Part shown: positions 12,528 to 24,964 of the stretch, piece after piece
How positions within the stretch are numbered: position 1 is the stretch's first letter
Layout of the letters: the number at the start of each line of letters is the position of its first letter
NCBI GenBank assembly: GCA_038087875.1
Contig: CM075995.1
Span: 1,800,001 to 1,864,000 of the forward strand
Origin: Malacoraja senta
Taxonomy: Eukaryota
Length of the DNA stretch: 64,000 nucleotides
Direction of reading: 5' to 3'
Notes under the pieces: generated by a model
The model's input: the letters and a program-made list of their open reading frames with translations, nothing else
What the model was told of the DNA's origin: nothing
Database searches by the model: none
Program-made: the position numbers and the translations under genes

Positions 12528-13587
12528 AAAACCAAGCGTACAAACACGCAATGCTGCATGGATTTTTGTTTTGTAAAGTTCCCTGTTTTTTTCCATTTTT
12601 TATAAAATCATTTAATAAAATGGATGTGCGTAAAAAAATGTTCAGGTTTATTATTGTCACGTATAAATAATGTAAACAGAGTAAAAAATGTAAATAAACG
12701 TGTACTGTTAAAATCTTTTACATGCTGTCCAAACAGGTGAGATAATACTGTATGTAAATACAAAATGGTGGCAGCAGCTCTGCCTAAGAAAGGCGTAGAG
12801 GATGATCTTCATGGTCTGGCACAGTTCTCATTAGAGATCACCGACGTCAGGCTAATGCAGAGCCCTGCAGCTGTGACAGCACTTTGGAAAATGAGCAGTC
12901 TTAAAGGTGGAGCAGCAATGCTGACAGCAAAAGCTTTTACCCCGAGTCAGGAGGTTAGGAGTTCAAGTCCATTCCCGGATCCTGTGGCCAGGCTGTCACT
13001 ATGTAATGGAGAAAGGAACTGCGCATGCTGATTTATACCGAAGACAGGCACAAAGTGCTGGAGTAACTCAGCGGGACGGGCAGCATCTCTGGAGAATAGG
13101 AATAGGTGACGTTTTGGGTCGAGACCCTTCAGAGTGCAAAAAAAAAAGGATACATCTGATTAAATGTTTCACGGAGATCCTGTCGTTGAACAACAGCCGA
13201 ATTGGGCAAATTATTCATCCAGGAGATAGGTAGTGCAGATGCTGGAAATTCAAAATTAAAAGTTGAAAGTCTGAAACGCAAAGGACACAAAGTGCTGGAG
13301 TAACTCAGAGGGTCAGGCAGCATCTCTGGAGAAAAGGAATAGGTGGCGTTTCAGGTTGGAATCCTTCAGACTGAAAGATAGGGGTGGGGTGAGGGGGAGG
13401 GGGAGGGGAGGCAATGGGTCTTCACAGCCAGCTGGGACTCTGAAAATGGCGCCATAACCTGGCGACTCTTGCATATGGACTCAGTGGGCTGTTTTTATGC
13501 ACCCTGTACCTAATTGGGGATTGTATTAATGCATGGCAATAATCTCTCTGACTTGTAGGAAAAAAAATAACTTTAGCTTGGTACACA

Positions 13588-13979
13588 AAAAATAAAAATT
13601 GAGGTCAGGTAATGGGGGATGATAGTTGAAGAGTTGGTATGTCCCATTTGCGTAATGCTCATAAAAAATATTTGTTTCTCTCTTTTTCCTCTTTCTCTTT
13701 CTCCTTCTTTTCTAGGGTCTATTTCTTAACTCTTTTTCTTTTGTTTTTAATTTTGTTCTTATAGGGTCTTCGTCCTTTTTTGTTGTCACATTTTCTACAC
13801 TCTCACTTTTTCCTTCACTTTCTTCTTTCTTTCTTTCAATCTTATCCTTTCCTTTCACTAGTGTAAAAAACAAACGGAGTACATTAATTGTAAGAAGACA
13901 TAAGTGACGAGTACTAATGTATGTGGTTGTAATGTAATGTACTTCTAATAAATAAAAAATTAAATAAAAAAATAAAAAA
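13588..13979 (+). mobile_element. L1-clade LINE 3' UTR insertion
   Basis: Homologous to 48596-49022; AATAAA plus A-rich tail; 13-bp TSD AGCTTGGTACACA (13575-13587, 13980-13992). Confidence 0.85.
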
Positions 13980-14097
13980 AGCTTGGTACACATGATAATT
14001 AAAGAACCATTGAACCCAGCAGAACTCACACCAAGTCCCCGGAATGCAATAGACGCCATGAATAGGGTCAGTGGATAAGTAGGCACTTCCCCGCAAC

Positions 14098-14410
14098 TGG
14101 CACAGTGGCGCAGCGGTAGAGTTGCTGCCTTCGAGCGTCAGAGACGTGGGTTCGATCCTGACCACGGGTGCTGTCTGTACGGAGTGCGTACGTTCTCCCC
14201 GTGACCTGCGTGGGTTTTCTCCGGGATCTCCAGATACATCTCACACTCCAAAGACGTACAGGTTTGCAGATTAATTGGCTTCGGTAAACTTGTAAATTGT
14301 CCCTAGTGTGTGTGGGATAGCGTCGGTGTGCGGGGATCGCGGGTCGGCGCGGACTCGGTGGACCGAAGGGCCCGTTTCCACGCTGTATCTCTAAACCCGA
14401 CTAAACTAAA
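14098..14410 (+). mobile_element. HE1-like SINE
   Basis: Family similarity. Confidence 0.9.
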
Positions 14411-15304
14411 CCTGCATCTGTTGCATCTGAAGCGCGCATTTAAATTCTGGCTTTTTAAACGCAGAGCAATAATTACTGCTAATTAAAATTAATTAAGGTA
14501 ATTAACAGTATGAACGAAAGGAATCTTGAGATATACCGATGAACTCTGTAACTAAGGTGCCTCTGCACAGCTGTTCAGTTCAGTTCAGTTTATTGTCACG
14601 TGTACCGAGGTACAGTGAAAAGCTTTTGTTGCGTGCTAACCAGTCAGCGGAAAGACAATACATGATTACAATCGAGCCATTTACAGTGTATATATAAGTG
14701 AGAAGAGAATAATGTTTAGTGCAAGGGAAAGCCAGTAACGTCTGATCAAGGATAGTCCGAGGCTCACCAGTGAGGTAGATAATAGTTCAGGACCGCTCTC
14801 TCGTTGTGGTGGGACTTGCACTAAACGTTATTCACGTAAATCTCTAGTCAAGAAGATGGTGAATCTGTGGATTTTTTTTGCCACAGAAGGCTGTGGAGGC
14901 CAAGTCAGTGGATATTTTTAAGGCAGAGATAGATAGATTCTTGATTAGTACGGGTGTCAGGGGTTATGGGGAGAAGGCAGGAGAATGGGGTTCGGAGGGA
15001 GAGATAGATCAGCCATGATTGGATGGCGGAGTAAACTCGATGGGCCGAATGGCCTAATTCTGCCACTATCACTTATGACCTTATGACTGCAAGATAGATT
15101 TGTGCAAACCTTGTCGTTTGAAGAGTAGTGTGCATGAAAGTGTTTTAGTACAGGGCCCACGTACAAGTGTTGAGAGATGTCCTTCAACAAGACTAGTCCA
15201 TTCATCATCATGAATTATGTGTAATGTGAAGCCTTAATTTATTTAGCAATAAATCATTTAAAAAATATTAAAAACAATACATACCTTTTAAAAAGCACAT
15301 AGAG

Positions 15305-15715
15305 AGTCAGAGTCATACAGCGTGGAAACAGGCCCTTCGGCCCAACTTGCCCACACCAGCCAACGTGTCCCAGCTACCCCAGCCCCACCTGCCCGCATTT
15401 GGTCCATATCCCTCTAAACCTGTCCTATTCATGTACCTGTCTAACTGTCTCTTAAACGTTGGGATTGTCCCTGCCTCAACTACCTCCTCTGGCAGCTTGT
15501 CCCATACACCCACCACCCTTTGTGTGAAAATGTTACCCCTCAAATTCCTATTAAATCTTTTCCCTTCACCTTAAACCTATGCCCTCTGGTCCTCGATTCC
15601 CCTACTCTGGGCAAGAGACTCTGTGCATCTACCCGATCTATTCCTCTCGTGATCTTGCACACCTCTATAAGATCACCGCTCACCTTCCAGCGCTCCAAGG
15701 AATAGAGTCCCAGCC
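15305..15715 (-). mobile_element. CR1-clade LINE 3' end (second subfamily)
   Basis: RGNIFTQRVVGVWDKLPEEVVEAG; tail gggccgaagggcctgtttcc is shared with the SINE. Confidence 0.88.
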
Positions 15716-16234
15716 ACATGGCTTGGTAATATTTTCAATTGTGATAAAAAAAATTGCTACCTCAATCAAATAAGTTCTTAAGTTGTAGGAACAGAATTAG
15801 GCCATTCGGCCCATCAAGTCTACTCCGCCATTCAATCGTGGCTGATCTATCTTTCCCTCTCAACCCTATTCACCTGCTTTCTCCCCATAACCTCTGACAC
15901 CCCTGAAATTAATACCCCCCAGCAGTCTGAAAGGCTCCCGACTCGAAACGTCACCTATCCAAGTTCTCCAGAGATGCTGCTTGTCCCTCTCAGTTACTCC
16001 AGCACTTTGTGTCCTTTTTTGTTGTTGTAAACCAGCATCTGCACTTTCTTGTTTCCACAAATTAACTTGTGTCAAGGCACCTGCCTGTCAGGTTTTGAAC
16101 ATTGATTTGAAAAGTTCATCAGATCTCCACAACGTGAGTGGAAATTAATAGATTTTTTTCAATATTATGATGGATGAGTTAGTGCAGGCAAATTACAGTG
16201 AAGTTAAAAAAAAGTCAGTCATAATTTTGGCTGC

Positions 16235-16770
16235 TTTAGTTTAGTTTGGAGATACACAGCCCCTTCAGCCCAACGAGTCCGCTCCGATCAACCAGCACCC
16301 GACTATAAGTTCCATGTTATCCCAGTTTCACATCCTACACACCTAGGGACAATTTACAGAGGCCAATTCATCTACCAACCTACATGTCTTTGGAATGTGA
16401 GAGGAAACCGGAGCACCCGGAGAAAACCCATGTGGTCACAGGGAGATCGTACAAACTCCGTACCGACAGCACCCGTGGTCAGGATTGAACCCATGTCTCC
16501 GGCGCTGTAAAGGGCCTGTCCCACTTTCACGACCTAATTCACGACCTTTTTTACTCGTGGACATTTTTCATCAGGTTAGAAAAACGCCCCGACCTACTTG
16601 ATGCCACGAGTACCTACGACTAGCATCACGGCCTGCTCCGACCTACCTACGACCTTCTGCGACCTCGTGACGACCATGCTGCGAGTATGAGTCAAGGGCA
16701 AACTCGGCAGAGGTCGTGAAAGTGGGACAGGCCCTTAAGGCAGCAATGCAACCACTGCGCCACCGTGCCT
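16235..16770 (-). mobile_element. HE1-like SINE interrupted by a MITE
   Basis: SINE sequence GGCGCTG-TAA-GGCAGCAA is split at the TAA. Confidence 0.85.
16511..16735. mobile_element. PIF/Harbinger-like MITE (225 bp)
   Basis: TIR AGGGCCTGTCCCACTTTCACGACCT; TAA TSD at 16508-16510 and 16736-16738. Confidence 0.88.
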
Positions 16771-16910
16771 TCCCTGGACATGGGAAGTGGGGAAGAAGAT
16801 CAAATGGAGCAAATCGTATACCCCTGCTTCTGTTTCTTATGTTGTTCAGAAACGAATCACAATAACGTGAATTTATTATTTCCTTAAAGTATTCTTTCAG
16901 CTGAACACAT

Positions 16911-17197
16911 AGGGCAGCAACATAGTGGTAGAGTTGCTGCCTTGCAGCGCCAAAGACACGGGTTCAATCCTGACTACGGGCGCTGTCAGTACGGATTTTG
17001 CACGTTCTCCTTGTGACCGCGTACTTTTTCTCCGGGCGCTCCGGTTTCCCCTCACAGACGTGCATAATTGTAGGTAAAGATTGTAAATTGTCCCTAGTGT
17101 GTGTAGGGAATATGGGGATCGTTGGTCGGCGTGGACAAGATGGGCCGAAGGGCCTGTTTCCACGGTGTATCTCAAAACTAAACTAAACTAAACTAAA
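16911..17197 (+). mobile_element. HE1-like SINE
   Basis: Family similarity; (AAACT)n tail. Confidence 0.85.
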
Positions 17198-17204
17198 ATT
17201 GCTC

Positions 17205-17645
17205 GGTCCACCAAGCCCTATTGGCCCTCCCGGTTGCTAACCAGTTTAACCCCTCTTCCCATTCCCACACTGGCCTTTCTGTCCTGGGCCTCCTCCATTG
17301 CCAGTGAGGCCATACACAAACTGGAGGGACAGCACCTCATATTCCACTTGGGTAGCTTACAGCCTCAAGGTGCGAACATCAAATGCTCCAATTTTAAGGT
17401 AAATAACCTACAACCCTCTCCCCCTCCCCCCCCCCATTTTTTCCCGGGTCCCCTCCCCTCCCATCACTGTGCACACCCTGGTTACACACCCAATGCTCCT
17501 CAACTCTTCCCCTTCCACCTACATTCCTTCTCCTTGCTTCACAATTTGCAATTCTTTCCATCTCACACTTTTTTCTTTCTAACTCTGGCCTTGGTCTCTG
17601 CCCAACCATCTGCCTATCAAGCCCCTCTCTCCCCCCTATATCTAC
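17205..17645 (+). mobile_element. Degenerate Penelope 3' ORF/pLTR fragment
   Basis: HKLEGQHLIFHLGSLQPQG resembles the C-terminus of the GIY-YIG ORF at 40329-40733. Confidence 0.75.
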
Positions 17646-17651
17646 CTACAA

Positions 17652-18070
17652 GTTCAGTTTAGTTTATTGTCACGTGTACTGGGTTACAGTGAGCAGCTTT
17701 AGTTGCGTGCTAACCAGTCAGCGGAAGGACAATGCGTGATTACAGTCAATCCATCCAACCGCAGTGTACACACATGTTAAAGGGAATAACGTGAATAATG
17801 TTTAGTGCAAGATTAAGTCCAGTATAGTCCGATCAAAAATAGTCCGAGTGTCTCTAATGAGGTAGATAGTAGCTCAGGACTGCTCTCTAGTTGTTGGTAG
17901 GATGGTTCAGTTGCCTGATAACAGCTAGGAAGAAACTGTCCCTGAATCTGGAGGTGTGCGTTTTCACACTTTTGTACATTTTGCCCGATGAGAGAGGGGA
18001 GAAGAGGGAGTGGCCACGACTTGTCTTTGATTATGCTGCTGGCCTTGCCGAGGCAGCGTGAGGTGTAAAT
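17652..18070 (-). mobile_element. Rex1/Babar-like LINE 3' end
   Basis: Minus strand encodes RCLGKASSIIKD...THTSRFRDSFF-like sequence; tail gtgacaataaactaaact. Confidence 0.75.
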
Positions 18071-18094
18071 CTCATCATGGTACTTTGGGTATTT

Positions 18095-18980
18095 GACTAG
18101 GATGGCAGCCTCTGCCTGCAGTCTGTCTGTTTTTCTATCTTTTTTTAATTTTTAGTCTGTTTTAAAAGTATGTTTTGGAGGTTTCTTTAGTTTTTCTCTG
18201 TGGGGGAGGGGGGCAGGGTAAGGGGGAAACCGTTTCCCAGTCACCTCCTGGCGAGGATGCGCCTATTCTCCGAGGCGCGTCCTCGCCCCCCTCTGGATTG
18301 AAAGGCCGCTCCAATCCAGCGCCTACCACCTAGATTGGAGCGGCCTTTCCTGCCGGGGACGCGAACCAGAGCTTCAGCAGCGGCGGCGCAGCGCTGGATT
18401 CACCGCGGAGCGGGCGATGCCTTACCGGGGATCGCCGTTTGAAGCTCTGCAGTGTCGGGCCTGCTGCTTCAACACCGCGGAGCTGTGGTTCGTAGAGCTT
18501 CCAGCGCAGGCGGCGCTGACTTCAGCATCGCGGAGTCCTGGGACCTTTTGCCGAGGTCCACCAGCATAAAATCTCTGCCCAGCGCGGCCTGAGGACTTCG
18601 GGAGGCGCGGACTCCGGTAGGAAGTGGCCGGTTCGGAGGTCCAAGCCGCTTAGGTTGTTCTCCCATTCCGACGTCGGAGTTCCATCATCTCGGCGAGGGG
18701 GCCTGAACATCGGGCCACCCGTAGCGGCGACTGCGAGGGGTTCGGGAGTCCCCCCCGACCACGGGTGAACAACAGAGGACAACAGAGGAGGATGACTGCA
18801 TTTTGGAGCCTTCCCTCCCAGTGGGAAACTTTGATCCCGCTGTGTGGGGATGTCTGTGTTAAATTCTGTCGTGTTCTGTGCTCTTTTTATTCATATGGCT
18901 GTATGGCGACCACACATTTCACTCTACCAATTGGTACATGTGACAATAAATGTATCTTGTATCTTGTACCTTGTATCTTG
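18095..18980 (+). mobile_element. GC/CpG-rich non-coding element with Rex1-like 3' tail (putative non-autonomous retroposon)
   Basis: Ends ATTTCACT...GGTACATGTGACAATAAA-(TATCTTG)n, like the LINE tails in the window; internal hairpins; 5' boundary uncertain. Confidence 0.55.
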
Positions 18981-19880
18981 AATATAGTTTGAGAAAATGC
19001 AGACAAAAATGATACCATCAGGAATGTTGTTGGGTTGTCAGGAACACAACTGATTCACTAAAGTCAAAGAGGATTCATTGAAGTATAGAATGTAACATCA
19101 GAGCCAAGATGGCAGAACTGCATCGAACACAAGGCCATAGGCTGTATCCTCATCATACCTGAAGAAGGATCCTGCCCCAAAGTGTCATCTGTCCATTCCC
19201 TCCACAGATGCTGCTCGACCCGCCGAGTTACTCCAGCTCTTTGCGTTTTGTTCTAGATGCCAGCATCTACAGTTCCTATCCAGTACTCATCTAAACTCTT
19301 CTCAATTCAACATTGTTGAGGCATTTAACTATGAATTTTTCAGAAGGGGCAATAATTTCTCTTGATATTATTTTTCTGTCAGTTTTCTGTCCAATATTTA
19401 CCCCCCCCCCCCTCAAAATGCATCTTTGGTGGTTTGTGGAAGTTTGTTGTTGCCCCTTAACCATCATTGTTGCTACATTATGAAGGTCACTTCTAGGGCG
19501 GCACGGTAGCCCGGCGGAAGAGTTGCTGCCTTACTGCGCCAGAGACCCTGGTTCGATCCTGACTGTCTGTACGGAGTTTGCACATTCTCCCTGTGACTGG
19601 GTGTTTTCTCTGGGTGCTCCGGTTTCCTCCCACATTCCAAAGACGTGCATGTTTGGAAAATCCATGTTCATAAGTTATAGGAGCAGAATTTGGCCATTTG
19701 GCCCATTAGCTCTACACCGCCATTCTATCAAGGCTGATCTATCTTTCCGTCTCAACCCCATTCTCCTGCCTTCTTCCCATAACCCCTGACACCAACATAT
19801 TCCCTCGAGTGTAGGATAGAACTAATGTAAGGGTGATCGTTAGTCGGCAGGGGACTCGGTGGGCCAAAATATCTGTTTCC

Positions 19881-20569
19881 CCGGTAGACAAAAATGCTGG
19901 AGAATCTCAGCGGGTGCAGCAGCATCTATGGAGCGAAGGAAATAGGCAACGTTTCGGGCCGAAACCCTTCTTCAGACTGATGCAGGGTGCGGGGGGGGGG
20001 GGGGGGTGGGCAGGAAGAAGAAAGGAGGCAAGAGGAGGAGCCAGAGGGCGGAGGGAGAGCTGAGAAGGGGAGGACACAGCAAGGGCTACCGGAAATTGGA
20101 GAAGTCAATGTTCATGCCGCTAGGGTGCAGACTGCCCAAGCAGAATATGAGGTGCTGCTCCTCCAATTTCCGGTGGTGCTCACTCTGGGCATGGAGGAGG
20201 CCAAGGACAGAAAGGTCGGATTTGGAATGGGAGGTGGAGTTGAAGTGCTGAGCCACAGGGAGATCAGGTTGGTTAATGCGGACCGAGCGGAGGTGTTCAG
20301 CGAAACGATCGCCAAGCCTACGCTTGGTCTCACCGAAGGTAGCCCTTGCTGTCTCCTCCCCTTCTCAGCTCTCCCTCAGCCCTCTGGCTCCTCCTCTTCC
20401 CTCCTTTCTTCTTCCTGCCCCCCCCCCCACCCTACATCAGTCTGAAGAAGGGTTTCGGCCCGAAACGTTGCCTATTTCCTTCGCTCCACAGATGCTGCCG
20501 CACCCGCTGAGTTTCTCCAGCATTTTTGTCTGTCTACGATTTTCCAGCATCTGCAGTTCCTTCTTGAAC
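19881..20569. mobile_element. Penelope fragment with inverted pLTR arms
   Basis: GIY-YIG C-terminal fragment on minus strand (~20085-20337) between inverted pLTR arms; hammerhead cores at 19948-19975(-) and 20442-20469(+); 12-bp TSD ATATCTGTTTCC (19869-19880, 20570-20581). Confidence 0.85.
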
Positions 20570-20997
20570 ATATCTGTTTCCACGTTGTATCTTTCAACTG
20601 AACTAAAATAAACTTCTAAATGATTTTGCTGGCTGCTAGAGTTTTCTGTTTCCTTTGCCTGTGCTGTGTCGGTACGTGTTACAGGATGATAAGTAATTGG
20701 CATCAGAAAGTGGCTAATGAAGAGAGTGAAGATGGGTTATCGGATTAGCAGCAATTAAAAGAGATTTTCATCACCTGTTTGTTGTCCACCGTAAATTGGC
20801 TCGCTGTGGAAAAACACATCTCGAGAAAAATTGAAATCATTTTGAAACACGGGCACGTGCTTTCTTCAGATATCGTGTAAAAATTGCATCTCGGCATCTA
20901 ACTTAAGCTATCTTTAGCCACGTCTTTTGAAACACTTTGAATTAAATCGGAGCTGCTGTATCTTAGCAACTTACAGGAAATCTTGCAAATCAGAGAT

Positions 20998-21485
20998 AGG
21001 TCGGCACGGTGGCGGAGCGGTGGAGTTGCTGCCTTACAGCGCTGGAGACCCGGGTTCGATCCCGACCACGAGTGCTTCTCTGTATGGAGTTTCATTCGAT
21101 CATAAGAAATCATAAGAAATAGGAGCAGCATTAGGCCATTCGGCCCATCAAGTCTACTCCGCCATTCCATCATGGCTGATCTGTCTCTCCCTCCTTACCC
21201 CATTCTCCTGCCTTCTCCGCATAACCTCTGACACCCGTACTGATCAAGAATCTATCTATCTCTGCCTTAAATATATACATTCTCCCAATGATCTGCGCGG
21301 GTTTTCCCCGAGATCATCGGTTTCCTCCCACACTCCAAAGGCGCACAGATTTGTAGGTTAATTGGCTCGGTCCAAAATATAAATTGCCCCGAGCGCACGT
21401 CGGATAGTGTTGGTGTGCGGGGATCGCTGGTCGGCGCGGACTCAGTGGGCCAGTCTCTGCAATGTATCTCCAAACTAAATTAAAA
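20998..21485 (+). mobile_element. HE1-like SINE split by a CR1 3' end (minus strand, ~21098-21275)
   Basis: SINE head 20998-21090 and body 21277-21485. Confidence 0.8.
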
Positions 21486-22128
21486 CATGTGGAAGTCACC
21501 GCAGTGTAGTTGGGTATCGCAATCTGACTTTCCCCTGTGCATTGAGGATGCAAACTTTACCCCCCCCCCCCAAAAAGAACGGTACAGTCAATGTTTATAG
21601 GGTCGAGTTTCCAATGCATGTTCACATTTTGTTGCAAAACAAACAGCACTTGTCATTTATTGTGGAAATGTGTGATAGAATACTGAGTAACACCTGCAAC
21701 AGTGAAAGGATTAGCACTCAGGCTGTGCCACCCGAAGCTATCCGGTTCAGCGTCAGTCTCTGGTAAATAACAGATACGTTATTGACAGCAACAAGACAAA
21801 GCGGCGGATAATGTGTTTTCGGCAAAAACATGATGTTAAAAAAAAAAAAAAGCACTGCGGTCCATCAGCTGATGTCGACACACAAAGGGAAAGAGTAGAA
21901 CTGGTATTAATAGGAGTGTACAGTGATACTGTTTGAACAGGTGTGTGGGGAGTTGCTATGATATGCAATGAATAGCGGGAGTGTTGTTTCCAGTCAATAA
22001 CTCCGCAACGATCAAAGAATGAAAACCTGCATTGTCACAACATTCAGCGTCTTGGGAAGTTTTTTTCTCCCGTTTACGGGGGGTGGTGAATCTGTGGAAT
22101 TCATGAAACTAAACTAAACTAAACTAAA

Positions 22129-22450
22129 AGGGCGGCACGGTGGTGCAGCGGTAGAGTTGCTGCCTTACAGCGCTTGCAGCGGCGGAGACACGGGTTCGAT
22201 CCCGACTACGGGTGGCTGTCTGTACGGTGTTTGTACGTTCTCCCCGCGACCTGCGTGAGTTTTCTCCCAGATCTTTGGCTTCCTCCCGCACTCCAAAGAC
22301 GTACAGGTTTGTAGGTTAATTGGCTTGGGTTTGTATATGTGTATAATTTGGCCCTAGTGTGTGTGTGGGCTTGTGTTAGTGTGCGGGGATCGCTGGTCGG
22401 CGCGGACCTGGTGGGCCGAAGGGCCTGTTTCCGCGCTGTATCTCTAAACT
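22129..22450 (+). mobile_element. HE1-like SINE, full length
   Basis: Complete head/core/tail. Confidence 0.92.
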
Positions 22451-22492
22451 CTACTCTACACGAAAAACTATACACTATCAGATCCTTAAACC

Positions 22493-24111
22493 AACCTGCA
22501 AGTTAAGGGCAAGACTGCTTTATCAAAGGGAGCTGAGGGAATGCTCTGTGTTCTGTTTCACAGAGACATGGCTCACCCCCCAGCTCCCAGACTCAGCGGT
22601 CCAGCCTGAAGGGTTCTCCATTCACCGTATGGACCGTACACTGGCATCTGGGAAGGGGAGAGGAGGGGGCGTCTGCCTCATGGTCAACTCTGCGTGGTGC
22701 TCAGACGTGGCAGTCCTGTCCAACTCGTGCTCTCCACACCTGGAACATCTGGCGGTGAAGTGTCGTCCCTTCTACTTTCCGAGGGAATTCACCTTCATCA
22801 TCCTGACCGCGGTCTACATCCCACCCCAGGCAGACGTCCGTCTGGCACTGGAGGAGCTGCACGCAGTGGTCAACAAACACCAGACGTCCCACCCCGAGGC
22901 ATTTACCACCATAGCTGGGGACTTCAATAAGGCAAACCTTATGAAATCGCTCCCTAACTTCCACCAACATGTCTCCTGCTGCACCAGAGGACCAAACACC
23001 CTCGACCACTGCTACACCACCATCAAGAATGCCTATCGTTCTATCCCTCGCCCTCACTTCGGTAAATCCGACCATACCACGGTGCTGCTTCTTCCTGCCT
23101 ACAGGCAGCAATTAAAGAGCGCACCCCCAGAGGTGAGGACAGTACAGAGCTGGTCAGGGGGGGGGGGGGGGGGCAAAGGAACAACTCCAGGACTGTTTGG
23201 AGTCTGTAGACTGGGCAATGTTCAAGGACTCGGCAATGGACTTGAACGAATACGCCACAGTCGTTACAGACTTCATAAAGAAGTGTGTGGAGGACTGCAT
23301 CCCCACAAAAACCTTCCGAGTGTTTCCCAATCAGAAACCTTGGATGAACTTTGAGATCCGCACTCTAATGGACTTTGGAAGGAGTAGGATGGGGACCAAC
23401 AGGCCCGTTTATATCAACGGGTCGATGGTTGAAAGGGTCAAGAACTTCAAATTCCTGGGCGTACACATCTCTGAAGATCTTTCCTGGTCCGAGAACACAG
23501 ATGCCATTATTAAGAAAGCACATCAGTGCCTCTACTTCCTGAGAAGATTACGGAGAGTCGGTTTGTCAAGGAGGACTCTCTCTAACTTCTACAGGTGCAC
23601 GCTGACCGGTTGCATCGTGGCTTGGTTTGGCAACTTGAGCGCCCTGAAGCGGAAAAGACTACAAAAAGTAGTAAACACTGCCCAGTCCATCATCGGCTCT
23701 GACCTCCCTTCCATCGAGGGGATCTATCGCAGTCCCTGCCTCAAAAAGGCTGGCAGTATCATCAAAGACCCACACCATCCTGGCCACACACTCATCTCCC
23801 TGCTACCTTCAGGTAGAAGGTACAGGAGCCCTGAAGACTGCAACGACCAGGTTCAGGAATAGCTACTTCCCCACAGCCATCAGGCTATTAAACTTGTCTC
23901 GGACAAAACTCTGAACATTAATAGCCCATTATCTGTTTATTTGAAGTTTATCAGTTTATTTATTCATGTGTGTATATATTTATAGAATGGTATATGGACA
24001 CACTGATCTGTTTTGTAGTCAATGCCTACTATGTTCTGTTGTGCTGAAGCAAAGCAAGAATTTCATTGTCCTATCAGGGACACATGACAATAAACTCACT
24101 TGATCTTGAAG
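22493..24111 (+). mobile_element. Rex1/Babar-like LINE, internally deleted (AP endonuclease plus post-RT C-terminus)
   Basis: CFTETWL...RGGGVCL...AVYIPP...AGDFN...TLDHCY...GKSDH (APE motifs); frameshift at poly-G 23156-23173; jump at ~23367 to DFGR...FKFLGVHIS; possible TSD TCC(T/C)TAAACC. Confidence 0.88.
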
Positions 24112-24388
24112 TCCCTAAACCTTCAGCAACTGAACATTACCGAGTACATCTTGCACAACAATGGACTCGGTTACAATGTTTTGAACTGATGTATTTTTTA
24201 TCGTCTTTTTTGATTTCACAGTTCATCAGACCATAAGACCATAAAACACAGGAGCAGAATTAGACCATTTGGCCCATCAAGTCTACTCGGCCATTTAATC
24301 ATGGCTGATCTATCTTTCCTACTGCCTTGCAGAACCTATGTTTTTTCCCCTTTTTCCTTCCGCCCACAATATTTAATATGTAAAAGAA

Positions 24389-24727
24389 TAGAAACATAGA
24401 AACATAGAAATTAGGTGCAGGAGTAGGCCATTCGGCCCTTCGAGCCTGCACCGCCATTCAATGTGATCATGGCTGATCATCCAACTCAGTATCCCGTACC
24501 TGCCTTCTCTCCATACCCTCTGATCCCTTTAGCCACAAGGGCCACATCTAACTCCCTCTTAAATATAGCCAATGAACTGGCCTCGACTACCCTCTGTGGC
24601 AGAGAGTTCCAGAGATTCACCACTCTCTGTGTGAAAAAAGTTCTTCTCATCTCGGTTTTAAAGGATTTCCCCCTTATCCTTAAGCTGTGACCCCTTGTCC
24701 TGGACTTCCCCAACATCGGGAGCAATC
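24389..24727 (-). mobile_element. CR1-clade LINE 3' end
   Basis: ORF 24486-24725; near-identical to 49123-49450. Confidence 0.9.
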
Positions 24728-24964
24728 TGTGATTCTATTCTTCCATTCTGCTTGTGGTTTGTTTGTTTGTTTGTTTGGGTTTTTTGCACAAAGACCGCGA
24801 GCATTGCCACTTTTCATTTCACTGCACATCTCGTATGTGTATGTGACAAATAAACTTGACTTGACTTGATAATGTGCATGACGTATGTATAATGAATATT
24901 TTTGTCTATGTTTGTCCATGTGCCTGTGTTGCTGCTGCAAGACAAAATGTTCATTGTTTCAATT

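Noticed and set aside
12765..13031. 88-aa ATG-initiated ORF as a host exon
   Set aside because: No recognisable homology, and the 3' part overlaps degenerate SINE/pLTR sequence.
22129..22215. tRNA genes at SINE heads (here and in the other copies)
   Set aside because: A/B-box-like heads run straight into SINE core and tail, and no complete cloverleaf was found.
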